Source of the DNA: Candidatus Bathyarchaeota archaeon
GTDB taxonomy: Archaea > Thermoproteota > Bathyarchaeia > Bathyarchaeales > Bathycorpusculaceae
Direction: 5' to 3'
DNA: 64,000 nucleotides
NCBI GenBank assembly: GCA_963702095.1
Contig: OY969706.1
Span: forward strand, 1,824,001 to 1,888,000
Part shown: in pieces, positions 39,173 to 50,808 of the stretch
How positions within the stretch are numbered: position 1 is the first letter of the stretch
How the letters are laid out: each line of letters starts with the position of its first letter
Notes under the pieces: generated by a model
Database searches by the model: none
Seen by the model: the letters and a program-made list of their open reading frames with translations, nothing else
What the model was told of the DNA's origin: nothing
Made by a program: the position numbers and the translations under genes

Positions 39173-40651
39173 ATGGCAGAAAAGCAAAAAGCAAATGTGC
39201 TTTTGACGGCAGACCGAACGCTGATGAGCAATTACCATCACAATGAGTTCCTCGGCTTCGGCACCTGTGCACCGCCCAATTTCATACCAGAATGGCTCTA
39301 CAGCTACCTGTTTTTTCCACCTTTAGATACCAATCATGGACACCCATGGACTGCGCCTTACGGGCTAAGGAAAACCGAAGCGCAGCTACTAAAAGAAGGC
39401 TTCACTGTTGACACAGTAAGCCCCACCCACATAGGAGAGCACCTAAAAGACACCAAAGTTCTAGGCATACACGCCATGGATCCTTTCGGTTTAGGTCCAG
39501 CATCCACTACACTTGCCGCGCTATTCCATAAAGAACCATATTTGGCGCAGCATTTTCAAGCCTTGCTGAAAAGCGAAGAAATCCACAAAGCCCGCAGAGA
39601 CGGCCTCAAAGTCATAGTTGGCGGTCCTGGAGCGTGGCAGTTTAAGTACCGCGAGAACTGGGTTAAAGACTTAGAGATTGACTGCATCGTTGAAGGCGAA
39701 GGGGAAAACGTGGTCGGCAAACTTTTCCGAGCCGCAGTCGAGGATCAAGAACTTCCCACTCACTATGAGGTCGGAGTGGGAGAAACACCAAGCGTAGAGG
39801 AGATCCCTGATATAGTGAACCCCTCTATTAACGGGTTAATTGAAATCGGCAGAGGTTGCTGTAGAGGCTGCCAATTCTGCAACGTCACCTTAAGACCACT
39901 ACGATGGTACCCTATCGAAAAAATCGAGCGAGAATTAAAAGTTAACTTGAACTCAGGAAAAGTCAAAGGTGTCTGCCTCCACGCCGAAGACGTCATGCTC
40001 TACGGCTCAACAAACACCAGACCTAACAAAGAAAAATTACTGCAACTCCATCAAACAGTGATGAAGCAAATAGAAAGCATCAGTTGGAGCCACTGCTCCC
40101 TCGCCGCCATTGCTTCTGAACCCAAGCTTTTCCATCAACTCTCAGAGATCATCCAGACAAAACAGAAATGGTGGGGAGTCGAAATCGGAATAGAAACAGG
40201 TTCCTCAGAGATTGCGAAAAAAATTATGCCTGCCAAAGCGCATCCGTTCAAAGCCGATAACTGGTATGACGTAGTCGTCGATGGCATGGGTTTAGCACAT
40301 GACAACAACCTTGTCCCCGCCTGCACCCTAATCGTGGGGTTACCGGACGAGAAAGAAGAAGACATCAACAAAACCATGGATTTAGTCGACGATCTCAAAT
40401 GCATGCGCAGCCTCATTGTTCCACTGTTCTTTGTTCCACTGGGGCACCTCACCAACAAAGACTGGTTCACCAACACTAAGCTAAACCAGCGGCATAAGGA
40501 ATTACTGATTCGATGTGCTGAACACGATTTCCGCTGGGTTGACGACCTCATCGACTGGTCGTTCTCAGATAAATGGTACGGAAGAATCATGAAGGAATTG
40601 TACAAGGGTTTCTCAGTTATTGCAAAGCGTAAGGTCAGAGCAGTAGAGTAG
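39173..40651 (+). CDS. B12-binding-domain radical SAM protein
   Basis: APYGLRK.EA, MDP.G.GP, VGG.GAWQ, EIGRGCCRGCQFC, GIETGS. Confidence 0.9.
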   Translation: MAEKQKANVLLTADRTLMSNYHHNEFLGFGTCAPPNFIPEWLYSYLFFPPLDTNHGHPWTAPYGLRKTEAQLLKEGFTVDTVSPTHIGEHLKDTKVLGIHAMDPFGLGPASTTLAALFHKEPYLAQHFQALLKSEEIHKARRDGLKVIVGGPGAWQFKYRENWVKDLEIDCIVEGEGENVVGKLFRAAVEDQELPTHYEVGVGETPSVEEIPDIVNPSINGLIEIGRGCCRGCQFCNVTLRPLRWYPIEKIERELKVNLNSGKVKGVCLHAEDVMLYGSTNTRPNKEKLLQLHQTVMKQIESISWSHCSLAAIASEPKLFHQLSEIIQTKQKWWGVEIGIETGSSEIAKKIMPAKAHPFKADNWYDVVVDGMGLAHDNNLVPACTLIVGLPDEKEEDINKTMDLVDDLKCMRSLIVPLFFVPLGHLTNKDWFTNTKLNQRHKELLIRCAEHDFRWVDDLIDWSFSDKWYGRIMKELYKGFSVIAKRKVRAVE

Positions 40652-40894
40652 TCCACTGCAACCATTAAGCAAAAATTTATTTGTCCAGTGAGGACTGAAC
40701 CCAAAATTTGCGCAATTCACCCCTTTTTGTTTGCCAATGTTCTGGAACCTAATTAGGTGACAGAAGGGTAAGGTACAACCGTTTACAATTCGACCAGTTA
40801 ATTTACAGTTCTAGAACCCACTAAGCTCACATACTGTCAAAAAATCTTTTGATCCCAAAAAAAGGGAAAGGGAAAGTTGTTTGTTTACCTGTTT

Positions 40895-43676
40895 TTATGC
40901 TCGTTTTCTAAGCAGAAGCAGTGTGGCTATTGCAATTGCAATTATGATAGCGACAGCAGTAACTGCCATGTACATCAATAGGTCACTGGTTGTAGCTAAG
41001 CCAGTTTGAGGCGGCTGTGTTGGCGCTGCTGTTGCTGCTTCACTTGCATAGAGTGCTGTTGAAGCCGAAGCTGGATAATACGAGTTGGAGCCTGAGAAGC
41101 TTGCGTAGATTTTATAGTTTCCAATAATGTCTGGTGTCCATGTATAGCTGAAAGTACCGTCAGCATCGCTTGTAGTTGTGCCAATCTCGCGGTAGTTGCC
41201 ATTAGAGTCAACAACAGCTAACGTGATTGGAACTCCAATAGTATTCGATGGTAACGGTTGTTGCTGGTAGACATACTCCATCCATTTGCTTTGGCTTTCA
41301 TCTGAAACACATGGCACGCCATTGGGGAATCTTAATGCGACTTCGTTTTGCTTTGTCATTGTAATGTCAGGTGAAGTAATTGCTCTTGTGCCAGGCGAAA
41401 TATCCATTATTGTACCTCTTATAGTCAACGGTGTTGCAGTTGTTAAGCCGACATCAGGGGCTGTAACGGTCATAGTGCATGGACCCTTGCCCCAAGCGTA
41501 TATCTGGTTGTCATAAGCGTTCATTGACAGCACAATGTTGTAAGCGACTGCGGTAGACCTAATGTACATGCCTAATTCGCTCCAAACTAACGAGCCATCA
41601 GTCATGTTGAGTGCTATCATCTGTGAGCCATGGAATAGCGGTGGGTTATACTCGTGACCAACGGTGAGGTACGCCACATTAGTCGTGTAGCCAGGTGAGC
41701 TGAAAACCCACAGTGGCCAGAACGTCATAGGGCGTTTCAATGCCTGGGTCACCGATCAGTGTAGTTGTGTTCGTGTACCAGAGTTCAGCGCCTGTATGAG
41801 AGTCAAAGCACCATACATCTCCTCCTAAGCCGTACCAGAGTAATTTGCCGTTTACGTATTGGTTGCTGATTCCAAAGTTGTCGTAGACGTTTGGTGTTCC
41901 GTCTCCGTAAGGTGTCTCAAGTGTTGTGGTCCATAGTTTATCTCCGGTTCTTGTACTGTATGCTGCCATTTCCCAATTAACTAGGTTGACAGTTACGAAT
42001 TGTCCATCTCCGAATGCGCGGCTTGTTCTGGTGAAGGGCAGAAGTTCTGTTGATCCGCCTGCATATGTATAGTTCTTGCACCATAACTCGGCGCCAGTGT
42101 TCAAGTCCATTGCACAGTAAATTAGCCAGCCAGGTACTTCGTCACCGCCTCCTTGCATGTGGATGAATCCAGCGCTAAGCACCAATTCGTTGCCAGTTAT
42201 CGAACTCAGCGAGAGAGAGAGCCTTGGAGTAGTTGGAGATGTAGATATCGGTGTGCCATCATCAGTTGTAGTTGGTACGTCTACGGTCCACATGACTCCG
42301 TCTTGCCAGTTGTATGCTCTGTTTAGGGTTGGTCCCCATCCAAAGGCTGCGGCCATGCCAAGAGCCATGGTTAGGTTAACGCATGTTAAGTGCGGTCCAG
42401 TGGTGTTCACAAGGACTTGTTGAATTCCTGTGCCGCCGCCTGAACCTGCAGCTGCGGATGTTCCTGGATAAGGATAGGTAGGTTCGTTTATGCCTGCGGT
42501 ACTGTTAATGTAGTAGCCCATCAAGTTTCCGTTGTCGTCTTCTCTGAGCGTCACTGAGGAACCGTTGACGATGCTGCAGATGTATTTTCCATCCCAGCCT
42601 GAATAGAGGTTCCACTGCGTTCCACGGTTATTGTATACTACTCCGCCTGTGTCTGCTGCGGGAAGCGTTCCAGTCGTCCAAATATAGGGACCAACAGCAC
42701 CGTACTGATTAGCCATGTGGAATTTAGTGACCATTCCGCATTTCAAGGCGTTTGTTGTGTTTATTGTCCAAAGTGTTGCGCCAGTGTATAAGTCTGAGCA
42801 TATGATACCGTGAGCTAAGTTTGTGGCTTCTGGGTATGATGTTGAGTACATTCTGCCGTTTATTATGACTGGTGCATACTGAGGCTGGTACTGCCTAGTT
42901 GACCAGTAGCTGCCTGAGTCTTCTGATCCGCCGCTTGTTCCAACGCTTTCACCGCCAGCTACACCACCTGAAAGCCACTCTTTTGTCCAAAGAACGTGAC
43001 CTGAATAGACAGAATCAGTGTAGGGGTTGTATCGTGTGGTAGCATTGTATGCGCCAGTTTGTGCGAAAGTGATTGAGCCAAGGCCAAGCCAGTCTCCTGT
43101 AACCTTAGACCATTCCTGCACGTTCTCTGCGCTGACGGGGGTTTGCCACCAATCAGTTGGAAGTGGAGTAATCGGATAGGCAGTGCGCTCTAGCGGTTCC
43201 TGTTGAACTGTCAGAACGTAAGGTTTGCTTACGCTAGGCATTTCATAGAGACTACCATAGCCTCCCTCTGTAATGTTGCGTCCAGTTAATTGTTGTCCGC
43301 CATAGTAGAATGTGAATGTGTAGTTGCCGACTTTATCTGGGACAAAGTTGAAGAATGTTCCGCCTGTGGTGTCTCCAGTGTAGGGTCCGAAGGTTTTTGG
43401 GGTGCCATCTGGGTCGACCATTTTAACGGTCATGTTAGTTGGGCGTTCACTGGTTTCTAGCGCTGATGATACGAAGAAGTTGACGTTGACTGTTTGTCCG
43501 ACACCCACTGGGTTTGGAGCTACGTTGATGAAAGCATATGTTGGGACTTGATAGTTTTCGGGGAATAAGACTTGTGCGAATGTGCTTGATGTTAATGCCA
43601 TAGAAATTGTCAAAGAAGCTATTAGAAATATTGAAAGCATAAGTGTTTTTTTATTTTTAAATAATTTGTTTTGCAT
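40895..43676 (-). CDS. PQQ-like beta-propeller cell-surface protein (one frameshift near 41730)
   Basis: Signal peptide, PNPVG.GQ Ig-like domain, repeated D..TG...W blades, C-terminal Ig domain and TM anchor. The two ORFs join as ETPY.VWPLW if one base is removed. Confidence 0.85.
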
Positions 43677-44016
43677 TTTTGGTTTTTCCTTTTTTAATAA
43701 TACACCTAAGTGTATAGCTTGCTGTTTTCACCTGAATAGGTATATAAGATTTTGGTACATACCACCGATTGATTAAGAATTTGACCATTTGAAAGTGCAA
43801 ATGCAATGTGGGTTGTGTATTCTTTTTTATACATTTAAGATAAATCAGCGTTGAAAAAGAGCGTCGCGTTAGGACTTTTGATTAAATGGGGCTTGTATCT
43901 TTAAGCTATAAAGTATATTATCAGTCATCTTACATATGAGGATCAATTCCCAAGAAATTATATTTCTGTGTTTAGGGGGATTTTTCCAATACTATTTTCA
44001 GTGACAACAATTACGC

Positions 44017-44023
44017 TTAAATA
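44017..44023 (+). promoter_or_regulatory. TATA box of tRNA-Asn
   Basis: TTAAATA about 40 nt upstream of the tRNA 5' end. Confidence 0.45.
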
Positions 44024-44062
44024 CTTATTTTGCTGTGTGTGTGACAGAAGTACCGAGGGTTT

Positions 44063-44139
44063 GCCGCCGTTGCACAGCCCGGTAGTGCAACTGACTGTTA
44101 ATCAGTAGGTCAAAGGTTCGAGTCCTTTCGGCGGCGCCA
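44063..44139 (+). tRNA. tRNA-Asn(GTT), CCA encoded
   Basis: Acceptor GCCGCCG/CGGCGGC, D stem GCAC/GTGC, anticodon arm ACTGA-CTGTTAA-TCAGT, T arm AAAGG-TTCGAGT-CCTTT. Confidence 0.97.
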
Positions 44140-44445
44140 CAACTATCTCGAAAAAACTACCGGTTTTTTCGTTTACTTTACTGAGACCTAGCTTTAATCA
44201 ACTTTAGGTTAATCCGCAGAAGGTAAGCCAACCTATCGCCAGAAACATAAGTCTGCTTAAACCCAATACTCCAAAATGGATACCCCCTTCTCACTGTTTT
44301 TTAGAGTAGCCAAATGTGTGGACTTTAAGGAGGATCAACCAAAGCTTAACTTAAAATATGCAATGCGAATAACTTCAATGACTCAAGTTGATCAAAAACA
44401 AGCGTTCAATACGATTCGCCACAAAAATCGTGCCCTACCTTGGCT

Positions 44446-44880
44446 CTACGTTTTGTGTAGCCAGCCGCGTCCACCCTTTTTTGGTTGCTGAACCGCCTTT
44501 TTCTCTGGGATGTATGCTTGTGCACGCTTGTGTTTTTGGGATGCGCCAGTGATTTCTGTCTTCACAAACTTTGCCCAGCCGCCTACTTGCACGTTGGGTG
44601 GGATATAGTTTTCTGGTTTCTCCACATGCTCCTCGAGGATATCTCGGAAGTTAAGCGGTTTAAAATCCCTTGAAGCCTTTATGACGGTGCCCCTTTCAAC
44701 TTGTAGTTTGTCATAGTTTTCTGAGGAGATGTCTTCAGCGCGGACTTTATCGTTTATTTGCTGGCTCCAAAGAAGCTTCCACTGGCCCTTCAGTTCCTCA
44801 ACCAGTTGTTTCTGCGCTTTAATCCGGTCTTCCGCCGATGATTCCTCAACCTTATTGGTTGAGTCGTCCTTAACTTGCAA
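44446..44880 (-). CDS. hypothetical protein
   Basis: 144-aa ORF with conserved-looking W..LW...INDKVRAE, GGW.KFVK and GWLH. Confidence 0.75.
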   Translation of the reverse strand: MQVKDDSTNKVEESSAEDRIKAQKQLVEELKGQWKLLWSQQINDKVRAEDISSENYDKLQVERGTVIKASRDFKPLNFRDILEEHVEKPENYIPPNVQVGGWAKFVKTEITGASQKHKRAQAYIPEKKAVQQPKKGGRGWLHKT

Positions 44881-45085
44881 GTTGCCCTCTCTTCCGTTGC
44901 ATCTACATACGTAAAATCGCTATTTAACCTTGTGAGCGTCAGAGGTTAGACAAACATCTCTACCCGCAGAGAAGGGTTGTGACATGCGAATTAAGCAGCA
45001 ACCATTCGCGATTGCCAACATTCAAACCCGTATAGAAAAAGGGGCGAAGCAACTTTTAGTCGCTTAAAAATCTGAGGGCTCTGTG

Positions 45086-47794
45086 TTACTGGTTAGCCAG
45101 TTTTTTAAACAATCCACCTTGCCCTTCCTGAATAACATCTGCGGTGGCGGTTCCGTAGAGCTTGAGCAGAACCGAAACCAACCCAGTCCAACCGGTCTGG
45201 TGGCTTGCTCCCAACCCAGCGCCGTTATCACCGTGGAAGTACTCGTAGAAGAGAATGTTGTCTTTCCAATTGGGGTCTTTTTGGAATTTTTCGGTTCCGC
45301 CATACACGGGTCGTTTGCCGTTGCTGTCACGTAGAAAGATTTTGCTTAGTCGAGTGGCGATTTCTTTGCTTACTTCGAAGAGGTTCATCTGTTTTCCTGA
45401 GCCTGTGGGGCATTCAACTTTGAAGTCGTTGCCATAGTATGCGTAGAGGTTTAGCAGGGCACGTAGCAGAAGGATGTTGATTGGGAACCATATGGGTCCT
45501 CGCCAATTCGAGTTTCCGCCGAAAGCTCCAGTTGTGGATTCTGCAGGTTCATATTTTATACTGAAGCTTTGTTGGCCCAGTTGGACCGTGTAGGGGTTTT
45601 CGTAGACTCGAGAGAGTGACCTGATACCGTATGGTGAGAGGAATTCTTTTTCGTCGAGCATTCTTGAAAGTACACGTTTAAGCTTTTCATCTGTCAGTAG
45701 ACTCAGTAGGAATGTGCCGTTGGCGCCGCGGACGCCCGGTCTATGAATGTTTGAGACCAATTCTGGGTGATTCTGAACGAACCAAGTCACTCTTTCCATG
45801 AAATGCGGCATTTTTTCGATGGCGTCGCCGGTGAAGATGCTGTTGGCGCAAAGTGATATTAAACCGACCATTGTGCGGACTTTCAACCTAATTGCTCTCC
45901 CGTCTTTATGGCGCAGTACATCATAGTAGAAACCGTCTTCGTCATCCCAAAGTCCTATCTTGTCTGCACCGCCACTATTGAGTGCATGTGCAATCCATAG
46001 GAAATGCTCAAAAAACTTAATCGCTTGATCTTCATACGCTGGGTTCTCCTTTGCCAGAATCGTCGCTAATGTAAGCATGTTTTGACAGAACATAGCCATC
46101 CAGGCGGTTCCGTCAGCTTGATCTAATGTTATATCCGGGGGCAGGGGTGCGCTTCGATCAAAAAGTCCAATGTTATCTAATCCTAAGAAGCCGCCTTGGA
46201 AAACGTTGTTGCCGGCGCTGTCTTTTCTGTTTACCCACCAAGTGAAATTCATCAGTAACTTTTGAAAGGCGTTTTCAAGAAATTCAGTGTCCGTCTTGCC
46301 ACGTAATGCTTCTTCGAGGTTATGGTTGAAAATTATCGCCCAGGCATGTACCGGTGGGTTAACGTCGTTGAAGTTCCATTCGTAGGCGGGGAACTGCCCG
46401 TTTGGATGCAGGTACCGTTCGTTTAACATCAGGTTTAATTGGTCTTTGGCGAAGTCTGGGTCAACCATAGAGATTGCAACGGTGTGGAATGCCAGGTCCC
46501 AAGCAGCGTACCAGGGGTATTCCCATTTGTCAGGCATCGAGATAACGTCGCTGTTCACCATGTGGAACCAGTTAATGTTTCGAACGGGCTTTTGAGATTC
46601 AGTGTAAAAGTCCACTTGATGCTCGTTTAACCATTTAGCGATGTCGTAATCGTAGTATTGTTTACTCCAAAGCATACCTGAGAGGGCTTGGCGTAGCACA
46701 TTTTTTTCATCGTCATTGAGGGTTTTGGGGCTAATGGAATCATAGAATTCATTTGCTTCTTTTGTGCGGGCATCGAAGGTTGCATCGAATTCAGCGCCAA
46801 AAAGTTTGTTCTGAATTTCTTCGGGTTTCTTGTTGGTTAACCGCAGCTTAACGGTTTGGGACTGCTTGGCGGGGATGGTGAATTTGTAGTTAGCGCTGGT
46901 TTTGGTTCCGACTTGCGCGGAGTTCACTGCGCCGACATCTTCGTCTACGATGTAGTCGTTGATTCCGTCTTTAACATAGGGGGTTAGGTTGGTGCCTCCG
47001 AAGAGGCATTTGTTGTTGTTTTCGTTTTCAGTGAAAAGCAGCGGTGGCGATCCGTCACAGTAGAGGTAGCGTTTGCCCAGCAGTTGATGCTCTGCTTCAA
47101 CCGCGGTCACGGTGGAGGCTGCCTTGATTTCTTTGATTGTTGGGCGCTCAACTGGGATTTTGCTGCCGTACCAGATGTTGCGGAACCAAAGCGTGGGCAG
47201 AATGTTTAGTGCTGCGGGTTCATTGCCTCTGTTAAAAGCGGTTATTTTAATGAGGATGTCTTCGGGTGATTCTTTAGCGTACTCGACGTATACGTCGAAG
47301 TAGCGGTCGTCGCTAAACACGCCGGTGTCTAATAATTCATATTCCATTTCGTATCGGCTTCTGGAGCGGTTCGTGTTAACTAGGTCAGTGTATGGGTAAG
47401 CCCTCTGGGAGTACTTGTAGAGGTATTTCATGTAGCTATGCGTTGGGGTGCTGTCGAGGTAGAAGTAGTATTCTTTGACGTCTTCGCCGTGGTTGCCCTG
47501 GCTGTTTGTTAAGCCGAAAAGGCGTTCCTTAAGAATAGGGTCTTGGCCGTTCCACAATGCCAGTGCAAAGCAGAGGGTCTGTTTTTCGTCTGATACCCCA
47601 GCTAAACCGTCTTCACCCCAGCGGTAAGCTCTGGAACGGGCTTGATCATGTGAAAAGTAGTCCCATGCGGCTCCGTCGTTGCTGTAGTCTTCGCGCACAG
47701 TGCCCCATTGGCGCTCGCTTAGGTAGGGCCCCCATTTACGCCAAGGAACGTGCTGTTGACGTGCCTCGGCTAATCTGTCTATTTCAGAATTCAA
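45086..47794 (-). CDS. GH63-like glucosidase (MGH1-like / alpha-alpha toroid)
   Basis: WGPYLSERQWGTVREDYS, MPDKWEYPWYAAWDLAFH, GGFLGLDNIG, WRGP.W.P.N, FYEYFHGDNGAGLGASHQTGWT. Confidence 0.93.
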   Translation of the reverse strand: MNSEIDRLAEARQQHVPWRKWGPYLSERQWGTVREDYSNDGAAWDYFSHDQARSRAYRWGEDGLAGVSDEKQTLCFALALWNGQDPILKERLFGLTNSQGNHGEDVKEYYFYLDSTPTHSYMKYLYKYSQRAYPYTDLVNTNRSRSRYEMEYELLDTGVFSDDRYFDVYVEYAKESPEDILIKITAFNRGNEPAALNILPTLWFRNIWYGSKIPVERPTIKEIKAASTVTAVEAEHQLLGKRYLYCDGSPPLLFTENENNNKCLFGGTNLTPYVKDGINDYIVDEDVGAVNSAQVGTKTSANYKFTIPAKQSQTVKLRLTNKKPEEIQNKLFGAEFDATFDARTKEANEFYDSISPKTLNDDEKNVLRQALSGMLWSKQYYDYDIAKWLNEHQVDFYTESQKPVRNINWFHMVNSDVISMPDKWEYPWYAAWDLAFHTVAISMVDPDFAKDQLNLMLNERYLHPNGQFPAYEWNFNDVNPPVHAWAIIFNHNLEEALRGKTDTEFLENAFQKLLMNFTWWVNRKDSAGNNVFQGGFLGLDNIGLFDRSAPLPPDITLDQADGTAWMAMFCQNMLTLATILAKENPAYEDQAIKFFEHFLWIAHALNSGGADKIGLWDDEDGFYYDVLRHKDGRAIRLKVRTMVGLISLCANSIFTGDAIEKMPHFMERVTWFVQNHPELVSNIHRPGVRGANGTFLLSLLTDEKLKRVLSRMLDEKEFLSPYGIRSLSRVYENPYTVQLGQQSFSIKYEPAESTTGAFGGNSNWRGPIWFPINILLLRALLNLYAYYGNDFKVECPTGSGKQMNLFEVSKEIATRLSKIFLRDSNGKRPVYGGTEKFQKDPNWKDNILFYEYFHGDNGAGLGASHQTGWTGLVSVLLKLYGTATADVIQEGQGGLFKKLANQ

Positions 47795-47967
47795 TTTGAT
47801 TCACCTAAAAACAGGATTCCACGTTTAATTGACTGGAAGTCCTCTAATATGAATATGTGACTTCAACACAAACACTACAAACAGACCCTAACACATCATC
47901 ATAAGGCTAAAATTTCAAGCACAAAAAATATAGCCCAACACACACCACACTACAGGAGTGAGTACAC

Positions 47968-49192
47968 ATGCAACGGTCCTATTCGCGTTTACTGGGAGTA
48001 GTGGGCAAACCAAACACGGGCAAATCCACTTTTTTCAGCGCCGCCACCTTAGCCACAGCGGAAATCGCCAACTACCCATTTACCACGATTAAACCCAACC
48101 GGGGCGTCGGCTACGTCCGAACCCCCTGCGTCCACCCAGAATTCAAAGTGCAAGACAACCCCCGAAACAGCCTCTGCCTCAACGGCACACGCCTCGCCCC
48201 CGTTGAACTCATCGACATCGCAGGCATCGTTCCCGGAGCTTGGGAAGGAAAAGCGCCTGGGCAACCAGTTCCTCGACGAAATCCGCCGTGCAGACGCGCT
48301 TATCCACATCGTTGACGCATCCGGGGGCACGGACTGCGAGGGCAAAAGCTGCAAACCCGGCGAACACGACCCATTGGAGGACGTGCAGTTCTTAGAGAGA
48401 GAAATCACCTTGTGGATGGTTAACATCCTAAAGAAGGACTGGTCGAAAATCGCCCGCACTGCAGAAGCAGACAAAAAAGGCATCGCCCACCACCTCGAAG
48501 ACCGCTTAGCAGGTTTAGGTATAAAACGCCAATTTATCAGTGAAGCTGCGAGGCGGGCAAACCTAAACATTGAAGCCCCAGCATCGTGGTCAGATGAAGA
48601 TTTTTACCGCTTCGTAGACAACCTTCGGCGTGTATCCAAGCCAATGTTGATTGTCGTCAACAAAATCGATTTACCAACCGCCCAAGCAAACCTTGAGCGC
48701 CTAAAAAAACTCGATTACACCGTTATCCCCTGCTCAGCCGAAGCCGAATTGGTGCTGAGACGTGCAGCCGAAAAGAAGTTAATTGATTATAAGCCCGGTG
48801 ATGGCGACTTCAACATAGTGGCGCCTGAAAAGTTATCCGCTGGCCAAATCCGAGCGCTTGAGCAGGTGAAAGAAAAAATCCTAAAAACCAACGGCACAAC
48901 AGGCGTCCAAGAAGCCCTAAACACAGCCTACCTAAAACTCCTCGACATGATAACCGTCTACCCCGTTGAAGACCTCGAACACCTCAGCGACCACAACGGA
49001 CGCGTGCTGCCCGACGTCTACCTCGTCCCCAAAGGCACCACCGCCCACCTCTTCGCCTACATAATCCACAGCGAACTCGGAGAAAGCTTCCTCTACGCAG
49101 TAAACGCACGCGACAAACGAAGAATCGGCGAAGACGCCATCCTAAAAGACCGCGACATCATCAGCATAGTCAGCACACAGAAACGCACATAA
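47968..49192 (+). CDS. ychF: OBG-family redox-regulated ATPase YchF (frameshift near 48254)
   Basis: [25 protein letters not shown] and a TGS tail. Removing one C restores [14 protein letters not shown]. Confidence 0.92.
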
Positions 49193-49300
49193 CCCCCGAA
49201 GAAAATCCACCAACCTAAACCAACTCTTTCTTCACTTTTTCCGTTTCCCCTTTTAACCACAAGCAATCGACGAATTGACATAAAACCCAATTAGAGTCAG

Positions 49301-49567
49301 TTACTCGTATGCCTTTTCACGTGTAAAAATAGAGTAAACAATTGCTGTTCGATCTGCTGAAAGCTCAAAACGTATCCTGATAAGCCTCCCAACCCTAATC
49401 CGATAATGGTGCTGGTAGCCCTGCAGCTTCTTGATGTCCAATTTGTTTGACAGCCCTTCAGCCTCTAGGGTTGCCAGCGTTTCAAATATCCGTGTCTGGT
49501 GGTTTTTGGGCATCTTTTTGAATTGTTTCTTCGCCTTGCTTTCGATTAGAACGGTGTATTTGGGCAA
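49301..49567 (-). CDS. relE: RelE/ParE family toxin
   Basis: Y.V.....AKK.FKK.P, IKKL.G....YRIRVG, R.KAY. Confidence 0.88.
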   Translation of the reverse strand: MPKYTVLIESKAKKQFKKMPKNHQTRIFETLATLEAEGLSNKLDIKKLQGYQHHYRIRVGRLIRIRFELSADRTAIVYSIFTREKAYE

Positions 49568-49571
49568 AGTT

Positions 49572-49784
49572 TTAGTTCCCTTTGGTTAATTCACTCAAAG
49601 GCTCAAAATGCAGCTTCTTGTTTTTCTTTGCCGCCTCGTATTCCTCTATAGCCAAAACGTCTTCCTTAATGGGTTCCTCGCAACCGATTAGGCGCTCCTC
49701 CACTAACTCGTTTAGCCCTTGCACTTTCTTGTTTAATTCCACAAGAAGGCTCCGAATCTCTTTAAGTTCAGCTTCAGAGGTCAT
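49572..49784 (-). CDS. putative antitoxin
   Basis: Small acidic ORF directly upstream of relE (EEP..ED..AIEEYE....PLSEL). Confidence 0.75.
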   Translation of the reverse strand: MTSEAELKEIRSLLVELNKKVQGLNELVEERLIGCEEPIKEDVLAIEEYEAAKKNKKLHFEPLSELTKGN

Positions 49785-49880
49785 AAAGGTCAACTCCCAA
49801 TATCCCATCAGACATATTTAACAGTTATCAAAAGAACCTCAACAGAACTAAAAAGCCACTTCTAACACTACCCAGACGGC

Positions 49881-49991
49881 GCAACCGTCTTGCTTGCTGA
49901 ATCCGCCACAACACGCCTGCAACCCAAAGCCACAGGAAGAAGAAGAGCAAGGGCGCTTATGCCTTCATCTAACACTAGAAGAAACAGAAAA
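49881..49991 (+). repeat. dispersed repeat family 2, internally deleted copy
   Basis: GCAACCG..TGCTTGCTGAATCCGCCACAAC..CCTGCAACCCAA is joined directly to the 3' block shared with 28070-28222. Confidence 0.85.
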
Positions 49992-50624
49992 GCCCAAATC
50001 TTGATCTACCGTGAAATAGTGTTCAAGCAGCCTCCTGGTACCACGCCTCAGAGTCTCCGACAGCGTCGCAGGACTGATACCCAACTTCGCCGCCAACTCT
50101 GCCATACCGATTTGGCGGGGATAATCAAAAAAGCCGCTTCTAAGCGCCAGCCAAAAAATCCGCTCCTGATTCCTGGTTAACACGCCGATTTGCTGTTCAA
50201 ACTTGCCCACCTTGAGCACATTGACAGCATACCCTGCTTTTTCTAGGTCACTGATTATCGCTTTGAAAGCGTCGTGTGTGGGCACCATGAAACTGTAGGT
50301 TATGAGGTTGTCCTGCATGCTTTTGCCTGAAACTAAAAACGCGTCGTGGGCAAGGATGGTGTTGCAGACGCCGCAGCCTGGGCTTTCCAGCCAAACCGCA
50401 GATTTGCCTTTTACATGGCCTTTGGCTGCGAGTTCCTTGGGTACCTTTTTGGCTTGTTCTTCGCCGAGGTCCATGAGGTGGCGCACTGAACCGCTGCTGG
50501 AACTGCGTACATCCACGACTTTTAAGTGTTTAAAGCCTAGCGAAGCCAGTTTGCCGACCATGCGGCATTCTTTGTTCTCAACCTCAATTACCACGTGGTA
50601 GGGTTCCCGCCAAGTGTCAGCCAT
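49965..50624 (-). CDS. bacterio-opsin-activator-type HTH (HTH_10) regulator
   Basis: LT..QE.....A...GFFDYPR.I...ELA..LGIS.ATLSE.LRR. Confidence 0.9.
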   Translation of the reverse strand: MADTWREPYHVVIEVENKECRMVGKLASLGFKHLKVVDVRSSSSGSVRHLMDLGEEQAKKVPKELAAKGHVKGKSAVWLESPGCGVCNTILAHDAFLVSGKSMQDNLITYSFMVPTHDAFKAIISDLEKAGYAVNVLKVGKFEQQIGVLTRNQERIFWLALRSGFFDYPRQIGMAELAAKLGISPATLSETLRRGTRRLLEHYFTVDQDLGFSVSSSVR

Positions 50625-50808
50625 CCAATCAGCCTCACAGACAATAAACGGTTCATGGAGTTAATGACAGTTGCCCCGAAAAGCTACCATAATCCCTGAT
50701 TGACGTTTGCGTTTACAGGCGCATCTTTGGCGCCTATTCAGAAACCATAGAGGGGAGAGGTCCCTTTGGCGGAAAAGGACCACATTAAAATGTTAGATTA
50801 AGCGCCGA

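Noticed and set aside
41679-41752. Programmed frameshifting or stop-codon recoding (Sec/Pyl) at split genes
   Set aside because: The breaks are frame changes rather than in-frame stops, and no slippery heptamer is evident; sequencing indels are the simpler explanation.
44140-44445. Possible integrated element at tRNA-Asn
   Set aside because: No duplicated tRNA 3' end or integrase was seen in the window.
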